A stretch of 32,000 nt of DNA from contig NC_003551.1 of the NCBI RefSeq assembly GCF_000007185.1, positions 990,001-1,022,000 of the forward strand. Reading direction: 5' to 3'. The notes under the pieces were generated by a model, which had not been told where the DNA came from, searched no databases, and saw only the letters and a list, made by a program, of their open reading frames with translations. Position 1 is the stretch's first letter, and each line of letters opens with the position of its first letter. Source of the stretch: Methanopyrus kandleri AV19. GTDB lineage: Archaea > JAADCQ01 > Methanopyri > Methanopyrales > Methanopyraceae. Made by a program: the position numbers and the translations under genes. Shown piece after piece: positions 23,941-32,000 of this stretch.

Positions 23941-23960
23941 GGGTCTCGACGGGTCTCAAG
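23941..23960. repeat. Tandem 10-nt direct repeat (GGGTCTCGAC GGGTCTCAAG) in the divergent intergenic region
   Basis: The repeat is read directly from the sequence. It lies between the enolase-like start (23922) and the Mur ligase start (23984), next to a GTTTAAGG box at 23924-23931. Confidence 0.3.
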
Positions 23961-23983
23961 GCGGATCCCGCCCCGCCGGGAGG

Positions 23984-25405
23984 GTGAACGTGTTGAAGCG
24001 GGTTATAGTTGTCGGAGCCGGCAGTGCGGGACGGTCGGTGGCGCGGCTGCTGAACCACGTGGGGTACGACGTCGTGATCAACGACATCCGCGATTGGGAG
24101 GACTTCACCACGGAGGAGCGCGAGTATCTGGAGGTTCTCGAGCGCGAGGGCGTCGAGGTGGCCCTCGGGGGACACGATCGGGAGCTCTTCGAGTCGGCCG
24201 ACGCGGCCTTCGTGTCCCCGGCGATCCCCGAGGACGCCGAGGGTAGGAAGCTCGCGGAGCTGGTCCCCGAGGAGATCACCGTCGAGGACGTTGCCGGGCT
24301 GTTGGGAGACCTGTTCCCCGTACCCGCCATCGGGATCACAGGAACGAACGGGAAGACCACCACGACCTGGGCGGTGGCGCATCTCCTGGAGGCCTGCGGG
24401 TACGAGGTCTGGCGGTGCTCGTCCCTCGACAGGCACCTCGTCATCGAGGCGATAGTGGACGGCGTGGTGACGGGTGAGATCGAGGGCTACGACGTGGCCG
24501 TCGTGGAGCTCCCACACGGGACGATCAGACTGGCGGCCGGTATCGAGCTGGACGTCGGGGTGCTGACGAACGTCTCACCGGAGCACTTGGACGAGTTCGG
24601 CGGTTCCTTCGAGCGGTACGTTCGTCGGAAACTCACGATAACTGAAATGAGTGAAGTGCTGGTGGCCGGCTACGACTGCGAGGAGCTGCGGAAGCGCCTG
24701 AACGACGCGGTCTGGTACTCCGTGCGGGATCCCGACGCCGACTACTACGGACGTAGGGAGAACGGACGTCTCGTGGTGAAGGGACCCGACGCCTCGGTGG
24801 AAGCCGACTTCCACCTGATCGGTTACTACGTAGAGAACTGCACGGGAGCCGTCGCCGCCTGTCTAGAGTTCGGCGCCGATCCCGAGGGGGTCGCCGAGGG
24901 TCTCGCCACGTTCGAGGGCGTTCCCGGGCGCATGGAGCTGCTGGGGGAGTTCTCGGGTCGTGTAGCCTACATCGACGCGGCACACAATCCGGACGGTCTG
25001 AAGGCGTCGCTTCCACCGTTCCGGGAGCTCGCGGACGAACGGGGCGGAAGACTGCTCGTCAGCGTGGACAATCCCGACACCGTGACCGAGCGCGACAAGT
25101 TCGAGTTCGGGCGGATAGTAGGGGAGTACGCCGATTTCGTGGCGGCCAGCGGGTACAACGAGACCCTGGAGCGGCTCGACCGGTCGGCCGCCGAGGAGGT
25201 AGTGAAGGGCGCCGAGTCGGCGGGTTGCGAGGGGGTGGCCGTAGACTCGGTCCGGGAGGCTGCCGAGGAGGTGGCCGCACGGTCCGAGGAGGGAGACGTG
25301 TTGCTCCACGTGGGGCCGGGGGTGGTGAACGCGTACGATCGGGTCAAGCGCGCCTTCCTGCGCGGTCTGACCTCGGTGCTGGGGGAACCTTCGGATGAAG
25401 CATGA
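23984..25405 (+). CDS. Mur ligase family protein, MurD-like (candidate pseudomurein peptide ligase)
   Basis: 473 aa. It has an N-terminal Rossmann segment VIVVGAGSAGRSVARLL, the ATP-binding motif GITGTNGKTTTT, and central and C-terminal Mur ligase domain patterns (DAAHNPDGL). The start could be 23984, 23990 or 23993. Confidence 0.85.
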   Translation: MNVLKRVIVVGAGSAGRSVARLLNHVGYDVVINDIRDWEDFTTEEREYLEVLEREGVEVALGGHDRELFESADAAFVSPAIPEDAEGRKLAELVPEEITVEDVAGLLGDLFPVPAIGITGTNGKTTTTWAVAHLLEACGYEVWRCSSLDRHLVIEAIVDGVVTGEIEGYDVAVVELPHGTIRLAAGIELDVGVLTNVSPEHLDEFGGSFERYVRRKLTITEMSEVLVAGYDCEELRKRLNDAVWYSVRDPDADYYGRRENGRLVVKGPDASVEADFHLIGYYVENCTGAVAACLEFGADPEGVAEGLATFEGVPGRMELLGEFSGRVAYIDAAHNPDGLKASLPPFRELADERGGRLLVSVDNPDTVTERDKFEFGRIVGEYADFVAASGYNETLERLDRSAAEEVVKGAESAGCEGVAVDSVREAAEEVAARSEEGDVLLHVGPGVVNAYDRVKRAFLRGLTSVLGEPSDEA

Positions 25406-26936
25406 GATCGTCCGGCAGGCTCTCATCTACGCCTGCGAGGAGATGGGGGCCCTGCTCCGCCGTAGCGCCTTCTCCCCGAACATCCGCGAGCGGGAGGATT
25501 TCTCCTGCGCGATCTACGACGCGGACGGTGAGCTGATAGCCCAGGCGGAGCACATTCCGGTGCATCTCGGATCGATGAGGTGGGCCGTACAGGCCGTCCT
25601 CGATGAGTTCGGGTCCTCCGAGATGGAACCGGGAGACGCCTTCCTGCTCAACGACCCGTACGCCGGAGGTACCCATCTCCCCGATCTCACCGTCGTCGCT
25701 CCCGCGTTCCACGACGATGAGCTCGTGGCGTTCGCCGCAGTTCGTGCGCACCACGCCGACGTAGGTGGGAAGGTCCCAGGGAGCATGCCTCACGACGCCG
25801 AGGACGTGTACTCGGAGGGGCTCCGGATTCCCCCGATCAAGGTCGCCGAGGACGGTGAGCCCCGAGACGACGTGCTACGCCTCCTCGAGGCGAACTCCCG
25901 GGGCGGTGAGGAGCGGCGGTACGACCTCACCGCTCAGATCGCCGCGGCGTTCCGAGGATGCCGCCAGGTGAGGAGGATCATCGACGAGCACGGACGGGAA
26001 GCCTGGGAGAGGGCCTGCGAGTGGTGTAAGGACTACGCCGAGCGTCGCATGCGCGTGGCCATCGAGCGGATCCCCGACGGCGAGTACAGCGGGGAGGATT
26101 ACCTGGAGGGCGACGGGATCTCGGAGGACCCCGTGCGTATCTCCGTGACCGTGCGCGTGGAGGGGGACGAGGTGACCGTCGACTTCACCGGGACCGACGA
26201 GCAGACTCGGGGTCCCGTGAACGCGCCTCTGCCGGTCACGTACTCCGCGGTCTTCTTCGCCCTCAAGGCGGCCCTGGACCCGGAGACACCCGTTTCAGAG
26301 GGGACGTACAGGCCTATCGAGGTGATCGCGCCACGCGGAACGGTGGTCAACCCCGAGCCGCCGGCCCCGGTATGCGCGGGCAACGTGGAGACTTCCCAAC
26401 GGATCGTCGATGCCATCCTGGATGCACTACGTGAGGCGATCCCTAGCCTACCGGCCCACTCGCACGGCTCCATGAACAACGTGGCCATCGGCGGGGTCGG
26501 ATTCGCGTACTACGAGACCGTGGGCGGTGGGGCCGGCGCATCCCCGGACTGTGACGGGGAGAGCGCCGTGCACGTGTACATGACCAACACCGCGAACACT
26601 CCGGTCGAGCACGTGGAGCGCGAGTATCCGATCCGGATCCTCGAGCATACCGTCCGGCGTGGGAGTGGGGGCGAGGGTAAGTACCGCGGCGGCGACGGTA
26701 TCATCAAGCGATACCTCGCCCTGGAGCGCTGTCGTGTGACCGTGATAGGCGACCGGACCATGCACCCGCCGCGCGGCGTCGACGGAGGGAAACCGGGGAA
26801 GACCTCCGAGTACGAAGTCGAGCGATCGAACGGGAAGGTAGAGAGGCTAGGTCCGAAGGACTCGACCGTGCTCGAACCCGGTGACATGTTGATCGTGCGC
26901 ACCGCTGGCGGTGGAGGTTACGGAAAGGGGGAGTGA
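25395..26936 (+). CDS. hyuB: Hydantoinase B / oxoprolinase family protein (HyuB-like)
   Basis: 513 aa. The N-terminus [58 protein letters not shown] and the later [12 protein letters not shown] are typical of the Hydantoinase_B family. It overlaps the Mur ligase gene by 11 nt. Confidence 0.85.
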   Translation: MKHEIVRQALIYACEEMGALLRRSAFSPNIREREDFSCAIYDADGELIAQAEHIPVHLGSMRWAVQAVLDEFGSSEMEPGDAFLLNDPYAGGTHLPDLTVVAPAFHDDELVAFAAVRAHHADVGGKVPGSMPHDAEDVYSEGLRIPPIKVAEDGEPRDDVLRLLEANSRGGEERRYDLTAQIAAAFRGCRQVRRIIDEHGREAWERACEWCKDYAERRMRVAIERIPDGEYSGEDYLEGDGISEDPVRISVTVRVEGDEVTVDFTGTDEQTRGPVNAPLPVTYSAVFFALKAALDPETPVSEGTYRPIEVIAPRGTVVNPEPPAPVCAGNVETSQRIVDAILDALREAIPSLPAHSHGSMNNVAIGGVGFAYYETVGGGAGASPDCDGESAVHVYMTNTANTPVEHVEREYPIRILEHTVRRGSGGEGKYRGGDGIIKRYLALERCRVTVIGDRTMHPPRGVDGGKPGKTSEYEVERSNGKVERLGPKDSTVLEPGDMLIVRTAGGGGYGKGE

Positions 26937-26943
26937 ACGGGGA

Positions 26944-27231
26944 ATGGAGATCTCGGAGTTTCAGCGTCTGATGGACGAGCTGTACGGGGAGAAGGATCGG
27001 AAGCGCGGTCCCGAACGGACGTTGCTATGGCTCGTGGAGGAAGTCGGCGAGCTGGCGGAAGCCGTGCGTAAGAACGATCGACAGGCGGTGCGTGAGGAGC
27101 TGGCGGACGTGGTGGCGTGGACGTTCTCGCTGGCCAACGTCCTCGGTATCGACGTGGAAGAGGTGTTGAAGGAGAAGTACCCGGGCCGGTGTCCCAAGTG
27201 CGGTGAGATACCGTGTCGTTGCAACGAGTGA
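26944..27231 (+). CDS. MazG-type nucleotide pyrophosphohydrolase domain protein with a C-terminal Cys knuckle
   Basis: The MazG helix motifs LVEEVGELAEAV and EELADVVAWTFSLANVLGIDVEE are present. The C-terminus is CPKCGEIPCRC. ATG 26944 lies 7 nt after the hyuB stop. The ORF-track start at 26911 overlaps hyuB. Confidence 0.8.
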   Translation: MEISEFQRLMDELYGEKDRKRGPERTLLWLVEEVGELAEAVRKNDRQAVREELADVVAWTFSLANVLGIDVEEVLKEKYPGRCPKCGEIPCRCNE

Positions 27232-28340
27232 AGGACGGTGTGCTGACTGCCGAGGCGGGACTCGTCGGCAGGGACCTGGAGTTACTGTCCCCGATAACGA
27301 TCGAGATCGAGGACGGTAGGGTACGACGGATCGAGGAGGGACGTGAACCCGGTGCGGACGACGACTTCGACGTCGTTCTGCCCGCACCGTTCAACGCACA
27401 CGTCCACGCCGCTGACTGGGCGTTCCGACACGCCGGCCTCGGAATGCCGCTCGAGAAGGTCGTCGCCCCGCCCGACGGCCTGAAACACCGGCTGCTCGAG
27501 AAGGTCGGGGAGCGGGAGCTCGAGGTCTCGATCCGGGACTTCCTCGAGACCTCGCTGAGCTTCGGATGTCCTGGAGTCGCCGATTTCCGGGAGGGTGGCG
27601 TCGAGGGTCTGAAGCTGGGCCTCAGGGCAGCCGAAGGCTTCCCGACCTACGTCCCGATGGGCCGGCCGAAGGCGCTCGACGACCCCGAGAGGGTCGAGGA
27701 GGAACTCCGGGTCCTGTCGGAGCTGACGGAGTTCGTCGGGATCCCCGACGTACACCTGCCGGACGACGTGTTGGAGGCCGTGAGGGATTCCGGTCTCCGG
27801 GTGTACGTGCATGCGAACGAGAACTGGCGGTCCGTCCGCGAGTGCGTCCGCGAACACGGCGCCACCGAGATCGAACGGGCAGTGGACCTGCTCGAACCGG
27901 AGGGGATCGTTCACTGCGTGGTCCTCACGGACCGCGACCGTGAGCTGCTGGAGGAGCTGGATCCCGTCGTGATACTCTGTCCCAGGTCGAACGACTACTA
28001 CCGGCTCGGGAACCCGGATCCCAGACGACTTCGGGGTCTCCGGGTGCTCCTGGGGACCGACAACGGAATGTCCGTGGAGCCGGATCCGTGGGCGGAGGCT
28101 TACCACGCGTGGATCCGTACGGGCCTCTCGCCGCTCGGGGCGCTTCGGGCGCTGACAGTCGAAGCCGCGTCCGTCTTCGACCTGCCGATATTGGAGGAAG
28201 GGCGGCGACTCTCGGCGGTTGGGTTAAAGGGCCTCCCGCTCCCGGAAACCGTGCTCGGGTCCAGACAGCGTCTGGCCGCCCACGTCCTCCAGTTGATCAA
28301 AACGTCGAGGGTTCACGTGCTGTTGGGGGCCGAGAGTTGA
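27228..28340 (+). CDS. Amidohydrolase superfamily protein (chlorohydrolase/deaminase-like, COG0402-type)
   Basis: Metal ligand motifs are NAHVH, VYVHANE, IVHCV and LGTDNG. GTG 27228 forms a GTGA overlap with the MazG stop. An alternative GTG at 27213 is given by the ORF track. Confidence 0.8.
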   Translation: MKDGVLTAEAGLVGRDLELLSPITIEIEDGRVRRIEEGREPGADDDFDVVLPAPFNAHVHAADWAFRHAGLGMPLEKVVAPPDGLKHRLLEKVGERELEVSIRDFLETSLSFGCPGVADFREGGVEGLKLGLRAAEGFPTYVPMGRPKALDDPERVEEELRVLSELTEFVGIPDVHLPDDVLEAVRDSGLRVYVHANENWRSVRECVREHGATEIERAVDLLEPEGIVHCVVLTDRDRELLEELDPVVILCPRSNDYYRLGNPDPRRLRGLRVLLGTDNGMSVEPDPWAEAYHAWIRTGLSPLGALRALTVEAASVFDLPILEEGRRLSAVGLKGLPLPETVLGSRQRLAAHVLQLIKTSRVHVLLGAES

Positions 28341-28726
28341 CCCGGTACGTCGTGCTCCTCGACGGATCCGAGGCGTCTTTCGAGGCGTTGGAGCACGCGC
28401 TGGAAGAGGCGGACGAGGTGATAGGGGTCTACTTGATCGACTGTCGGGCATTCAAGGGGCTGAACGAAGACATGGCGAGGGCGCTGGAGGAGTTCATGCG
28501 GCAGGAGGCGGAGCTGATCCGGGAGACCGTCGAGAAGCGCGGTGCGGAGTTCGAGATCGTGCGAGGTGAGGGTCCCGAGGCCGTGATGGAGTACGCCCGG
28601 GAGGTGGGCGCGGACGCCGTGGTGGTAGGCGTGGGTCACATCCCCAGGTTCGAGGATATAACGTTCCGACGGGGGATCGAGGGGCACGTGAGGGACGTTC
28701 CCGTGGTTCTGGTGCCTTCACGTTAA
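28337..28726 (+). CDS. Universal stress protein (UspA) family
   Basis: 129 aa from TTG 28337, which forms a TTGA overlap with the preceding stop. The sequence reads YVVLLDGSEASFEALEHAL...GADAVVVGVGH...VPVVLVP. The ORF-track N-terminal extension from 28088 lies inside the amidohydrolase gene. Confidence 0.8.
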   Translation: MTRYVVLLDGSEASFEALEHALEEADEVIGVYLIDCRAFKGLNEDMARALEEFMRQEAELIRETVEKRGAEFEIVRGEGPEAVMEYAREVGADAVVVGVGHIPRFEDITFRRGIEGHVRDVPVVLVPSR

Positions 28727-30367
28727 ATCCTTACCCATGTACGGGCCGACGCGCTCGTACCCGAGCTTCCGGTAGTACTCGCGCGTCCCGATGGCACTGA
28801 TCACGATGATCTTGTCCGCATCCAGCTCGCTGGCGGCGAGCTCCTCCGCCTTCCTCATCAGCCGCTCGCCGAGGCCCCGATGTTGGACGGCGTCCGTGTC
28901 CCGCTCGCCGATCGGCACCGTCGGTCCGACGACCTTCAGCTCGCGCACGATGGCCGTCTCGGGATCGATCTCCGGTCTGTGGGCCAGCTCCGTGGGCTTC
29001 CTGAGCCTCAGATAACCGAGTATAGCGTCCGCCTCCGGATCCTCGTACGCCAGGAAGTAGTCCATGCCCCCCTTCCACGTACGCTCTTTGATGATCCTGA
29101 GCTCGGCTCGCCCCGGATCCACCTCAACACCTTGGCGCATCCTGTGACCCGCCTCCCGACAGCGGATACACCGACACTCCCAGCCTTTCTCCTCCAGGTA
29201 ATCGTGGACGAGCTGGCGTAGGTTCGTCTTCCGGATGCCGGCGGCGGCCAAGTGGGCCGGGATGTCCCGCTGAACCCGCATGATGCGGCAGTACTCCGGT
29301 ACGTAGCGGTGTTTCGCCTCGGCGATGACTTTCACCGCGGTTTCCTCGTCGTATGGCTCGTACTCGCCACGTTTCCACGCGTCGTATAGGGGCGTATCCT
29401 CGAAGACCATACACGGGTAGATCTTCAGCATATCCGGCTTGAACCGCGGGTCCTTGAACAGTCGCTTTAACATCCTGAGGTCGCGTTCGGGGTTCGAGCC
29501 CGGGAGACCGGGCATGATGTGGTAACACACTTTCAGACCGGCGTCCTTGAGGATACGTGTCGCCTCGACGGTATCCTTCACGGTGTGACCGCGGTCCACG
29601 CGCTTCAGTATGAAGTCGTAGATCGTCTGGACTCCCACTTCAACCCTGGTGGCGCCCAGCTTGAGCATGTGGTCCACATGCTCCTCCTTGCAGTAGTCGG
29701 GCCGCGTTTCGAAGGTGATTCCCACGGGTCGGCGTTCCGAAGTTTCCGCGTACTTCTGCGCCTCCTCGATCGTGAGCGCGTCCTTCCCGGTCATCGCGTT
29801 CAGACACTCCCGCACGAACCACTCCTGGTAACACAACGGTGTCGCGGGGAACGTACCCCCCATCACGATCAGCTCGATCTTGTCGGTGGGGTGACCCGAG
29901 ATCTCCAGCTGCCGTATGCGCGCCTCGACCTGCTTCCGTGGGTGGAACTCGTGCTCCTTAGCCCGACGGCCGGCCGGCTCCTTACCCGTGTAGCTCTGTG
30001 GTACGCCCTTCTCGGGACCACCCGGGCAGTACGCACAACGGCCATGTGGACACGGATAGGGCTTCGTCATCACCGCGACGACGGCCACGCCCGAGATCGA
30101 TCGGACGGGTTTCTTCACGACGATCTCTCGGAGTTTCTCGCGCTCCTCCGGGGTTGCGCGTTCCAGGACGTCCGCGTCCGTGGGGAACTTCGAAAGACCG
30201 TATTTCCTGCAGACCTCGCGCTTGGCCTCCTGTAGCTCGCCTTTAGTTCGGATCTCACCCGACAGCATCTTCTCCACGAGTTCGCGGCACGCCATGTCGA
30301 AGGCGTCGGCCTCGGACACATCTCTCACCCCCGTACGGTTCTCCGGTACCGTGGGGGCGCAACACAT
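28718..30367 (-). CDS. elp3: Elp3-type tRNA uridine(34) carboxymethyl-modification enzyme (radical SAM + GNAT)
   Basis: 549 aa. It carries RSISGVAVVAVMTKPYPCPHGRCAYCPGG, a radical SAM core, and a C-terminal GNAT domain (HRGLGERLMRKAEELA). The start may be ATG 30367 or ATG 30295 (MACRELVEK). Confidence 0.9.
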   Translation of the reverse strand: MCCAPTVPENRTGVRDVSEADAFDMACRELVEKMLSGEIRTKGELQEAKREVCRKYGLSKFPTDADVLERATPEEREKLREIVVKKPVRSISGVAVVAVMTKPYPCPHGRCAYCPGGPEKGVPQSYTGKEPAGRRAKEHEFHPRKQVEARIRQLEISGHPTDKIELIVMGGTFPATPLCYQEWFVRECLNAMTGKDALTIEEAQKYAETSERRPVGITFETRPDYCKEEHVDHMLKLGATRVEVGVQTIYDFILKRVDRGHTVKDTVEATRILKDAGLKVCYHIMPGLPGSNPERDLRMLKRLFKDPRFKPDMLKIYPCMVFEDTPLYDAWKRGEYEPYDEETAVKVIAEAKHRYVPEYCRIMRVQRDIPAHLAAAGIRKTNLRQLVHDYLEEKGWECRCIRCREAGHRMRQGVEVDPGRAELRIIKERTWKGGMDYFLAYEDPEADAILGYLRLRKPTELAHRPEIDPETAIVRELKVVGPTVPIGERDTDAVQHRGLGERLMRKAEELAASELDADKIIVISAIGTREYYRKLGYERVGPYMGKDLT

Positions 30368-30375
30368 TTAATCGA
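30364..30375. promoter_or_regulatory. TTTAAT/ATTAAA box between elp3 and tRNA-Thr; candidate shared or bidirectional TATA element
   Basis: CATTTAATCG lies about 65 nt upstream of the tRNA 5' end. It is followed by a 6-bp hairpin (GCCGGA..TCCGGC, 30398-30423) in the presumed leader. Confidence 0.3.
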
Positions 30376-30436
30376 TCGTCGGGAGGGTACAGCTGGCGCC
30401 GGATGGAACTGGTGAAATCCGGCGTTTGTGGGGATC

Positions 30437-30514
<78 letters not shown>

Positions 30515-30531
30515 GTTCGATTCGTTATGGA

Positions 30532-30539
30532 TTTTATAA
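30532..30539 (+). promoter_or_regulatory. TATA box (TTTTATAA) downstream of the tRNA
   Basis: This strong AT box lies 18 nt after the tRNA and about 185 nt upstream of the next ORF. It would drive a long structured leader or a small RNA. Confidence 0.3.
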
Positions 30540-30722
30540 CGTTCATCGGGGCGGTGGAGCGCGGCTCCGGTTAAGGTTGTGTGGGCTTCCGCGCGCTCCC
30601 CCGAGACGATGGTGCCTACCCCACCCGACCAGGAATATCCTCGACAGCACCCGATGCGCCCGCTGTCTATATCGTGATTTCGACGATGACCGAAGATCGG
30701 ACTCCATCGGGGGTCAGGGGAG

Positions 30723-31256
30723 TTGCCTAAGATCCCCGTCGGCTTAGGGTACAAGCTGGCGTACAAGGGCGCCAAATTGGGGCTTTGGAAGTGGGGAACC
30801 ACGGCGAAGACGGGGTTCTTCTCACTGATACTCCACTCCCTGATCTTCGGCCCCCTGGGTGTGGCGATCGTCATCGCCACGCTCTTCCACGAGTTAGGTC
30901 ACTACCTGGCGTGCAAACTGCTCGACGTTCCCGCGTCCCCGCCGGTGTTCCTCCCCCTCGGAGGCGCGTTCGTTCAGCACGGGTGGACGGATCCGGATAA
31001 AGAGGTGTTCATCGCGGCGGCGGGACCCTTCGGTGGGGCTCTAGCAGGAATCCCGCTCCTGGTAATCTATCCGAAAGCGGCCGTGTGGAACGGGCTGATA
31101 CAGCTGTTTAACCTGCTTCCCATACCGCCTCTGGACGGGAGTAAGGTACTGCGTGGGCTCTGGATGCCCAGTCCGACCGCGTGGATCGGCGTGGCGACGG
31201 CGGTACTCGCCGCAGCCCTCTCGCTGGTCGGTATCCTCATGGGTTTGCACGCGTAG
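30723..31256 (+). CDS. Peptidase M50 (site-2 protease-like) integral membrane metalloprotease
   Basis: 177 aa. It has HELGH within a TM helix (ATLFHELGHYLACKLL), the second motif FNLLPIPPLDGSKVL, and several hydrophobic segments. It starts at TTG after GGGGAG. Confidence 0.8.
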   Translation: MPKIPVGLGYKLAYKGAKLGLWKWGTTAKTGFFSLILHSLIFGPLGVAIVIATLFHELGHYLACKLLDVPASPPVFLPLGGAFVQHGWTDPDKEVFIAAAGPFGGALAGIPLLVIYPKAAVWNGLIQLFNLLPIPPLDGSKVLRGLWMPSPTAWIGVATAVLAAALSLVGILMGLHA

Positions 31257-31421
31257 CGTTAATCCACCTGGACTAACCGACCCATTCGAGGATACGTCCC
31301 GGTACGGTTCGGATCTTCACCGTTCCCTCGATCGCACGTCGACCCGACATCCAGCCCGGAGGGACCCCCTCACGTTCGTCACGGTGCCGTCCAGAACCCC
31401 GCTCGGTATCTCCACGAGGTG

Positions 31422-32000
31422 TTACGAGGAGGGCATTTCGAGCCGCCCACGTCCACAGAGGACGTCCGCGAGCGCCATCCTGGCCAGACCACGGGCCAGG
31501 TTCTCGACGGCCAGCTCGTCACGCACCCTGGCTATCTCCCGTAACCGTTCTACCAGCTCCGAGGCCGTACGCCTGGGTGAGTCCGAGTTCCGGTACCGCT
31601 TCGCGTAAGGGCATTCGGGTTCCACCTTCGGGAGACCCAGTCGGGACGTCACCTCGTGATACACGCGGGCTGTGCGAAGCTCGCTCACCACGTACAGCGG
31701 TCGTAGTAGTAGCGCGTCGTCCTCCTCCAGTAGATCCGCCGGCGGGAAGGTACCGGCGTCCCGCCTTCGGTTCACGCTCATCAGGAGGGTCTCGATCGCG
31801 TCCTCGGCAGTATGACCGTAGACCACCACGTCATGTCGCTCCGCGAGGATTCTACGCCTGATCGCCGAGCAGATCTTGCACGGGGGCTTGTTCAGCTCCT
31901 CCGATGGCTCGGCCACGTCTTCCTCGGCGCGGACCAGCTCGAACTCGTATCCCAGGGCCTTCGCCATTCGATCGAGCTCCTTCCGGTAAGGCCGCCAGAC
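31422..32000 (-). CDS. PP-loop ATPase, TtcA/TtuA-like tRNA thiolation enzyme (5' end beyond the window)
   Basis: The sequence includes CKICSAIRRRIL, VVYGHTAEDAIETLLMS, LLRPLYVVSE and ECPYA. The frame stays open to base 32000 (VWRPYRKELDRMAKALGYEF), and the SGGxDS PP-loop is not in the window. Confidence 0.65.
   Translation of the reverse strand, partial: VWRPYRKELDRMAKALGYEFELVRAEEDVAEPSEELNKPPCKICSAIRRRILAERHDVVVYGHTAEDAIETLLMSVNRRRDAGTFPPADLLEEDDALLLRPLYVVSELRTARVYHEVTSRLGLPKVEPECPYAKRYRNSDSPRRTASELVERLREIARVRDELAVENLARGLARMALADVLCGRGRLEMPSS

Noticed and set aside
23687-24517. 276-aa minus-strand ORF upstream of the enolase-like gene, considered as its missing N-terminal domain in another frame
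   Set aside because: The sequence is R/G/P/H-rich with no beta-strand pattern of an enolase capping domain, and it lies antisense to the Mur ligase ATP-binding region. It is most likely a shadow ORF.
27282-28106. 274-aa minus-strand ORF opposite the amidohydrolase gene (also 24863-25426, 25344-25793 and 29519-30235 opposite neighbouring genes)
   Set aside because: They have typical antisense ORF composition in high-GC coding DNA, and the opposite strands carry motif-supported genes.
28088-28336. N-terminal 83-codon extension of the USP ORF
   Set aside because: It lies wholly inside the amidohydrolase gene in another frame and is G/R/P-rich. The USP domain starts at TTG 28337, which forms a TTGA overlap with the upstream stop.
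30660-30720. Possible C/D-box sRNA (GTGATTT and GATGACC resemble C/C' boxes)
   Set aside because: There is no proper RUGAUGA C box, no CUGA D or D' box in the right order on either strand, and no terminal stem. I do not regard this as sufficient evidence.

Overview
The window is a GC-rich, very tightly packed archaeal chromosome segment. Gene content and protein style point to a hyperthermophilic, pseudomurein-containing methanogen, most likely Methanopyrus; this is inferred, not searched. The supporting traits are family-B DNA polymerase, PCNA, RadA, an archaeal-type signal peptidase, Elp3, a MurD-like ligase, acidic proteins, frequent GTG/TTG starts and 4-11 nt gene overlaps. I support about 26 protein-coding genes and one tRNA-Thr(GGU). 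I found no CRISPR array, transposase or integrase. The left part (1-13.1 kb) holds mainly information-processing genes: PCNA, signal peptidase, RadA, RNase Z, Lhr helicase and PolB. It also holds a head-to-head cbiT/cbiL pair and an orphan CARF/HEPN (Csx1/Csm6-like) gene coupled to RNase Z. The centre (14.8-23.1 kb) is the most unusual part. It is a divergent cluster encoding a giant CobN-family protein, an alpha/alpha-toroid (prenyltransferase/terpene-cyclase-repeat) protein and a CbiX/CbiK-like protein. All three carry C-terminal hydrophobic anchors with Arg-rich tails, and two share a KVxV[WY]PxV...RRR tail. No AAA+ chelatase partner lies nearby, part of the cluster looks lower in GC, and the cluster carries several reading-frame lesions. 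The right part holds a five-gene overlapping operon (Mur ligase, HyuB, MazG, amidohydrolase, USP), then Elp3, tRNA-Thr, an M50 protease and a partial PP-loop tRNA thiolase. Four genes in the window appear split by single-nucleotide frame changes. All calls rest on motif recognition by eye; no database search or computation was run.
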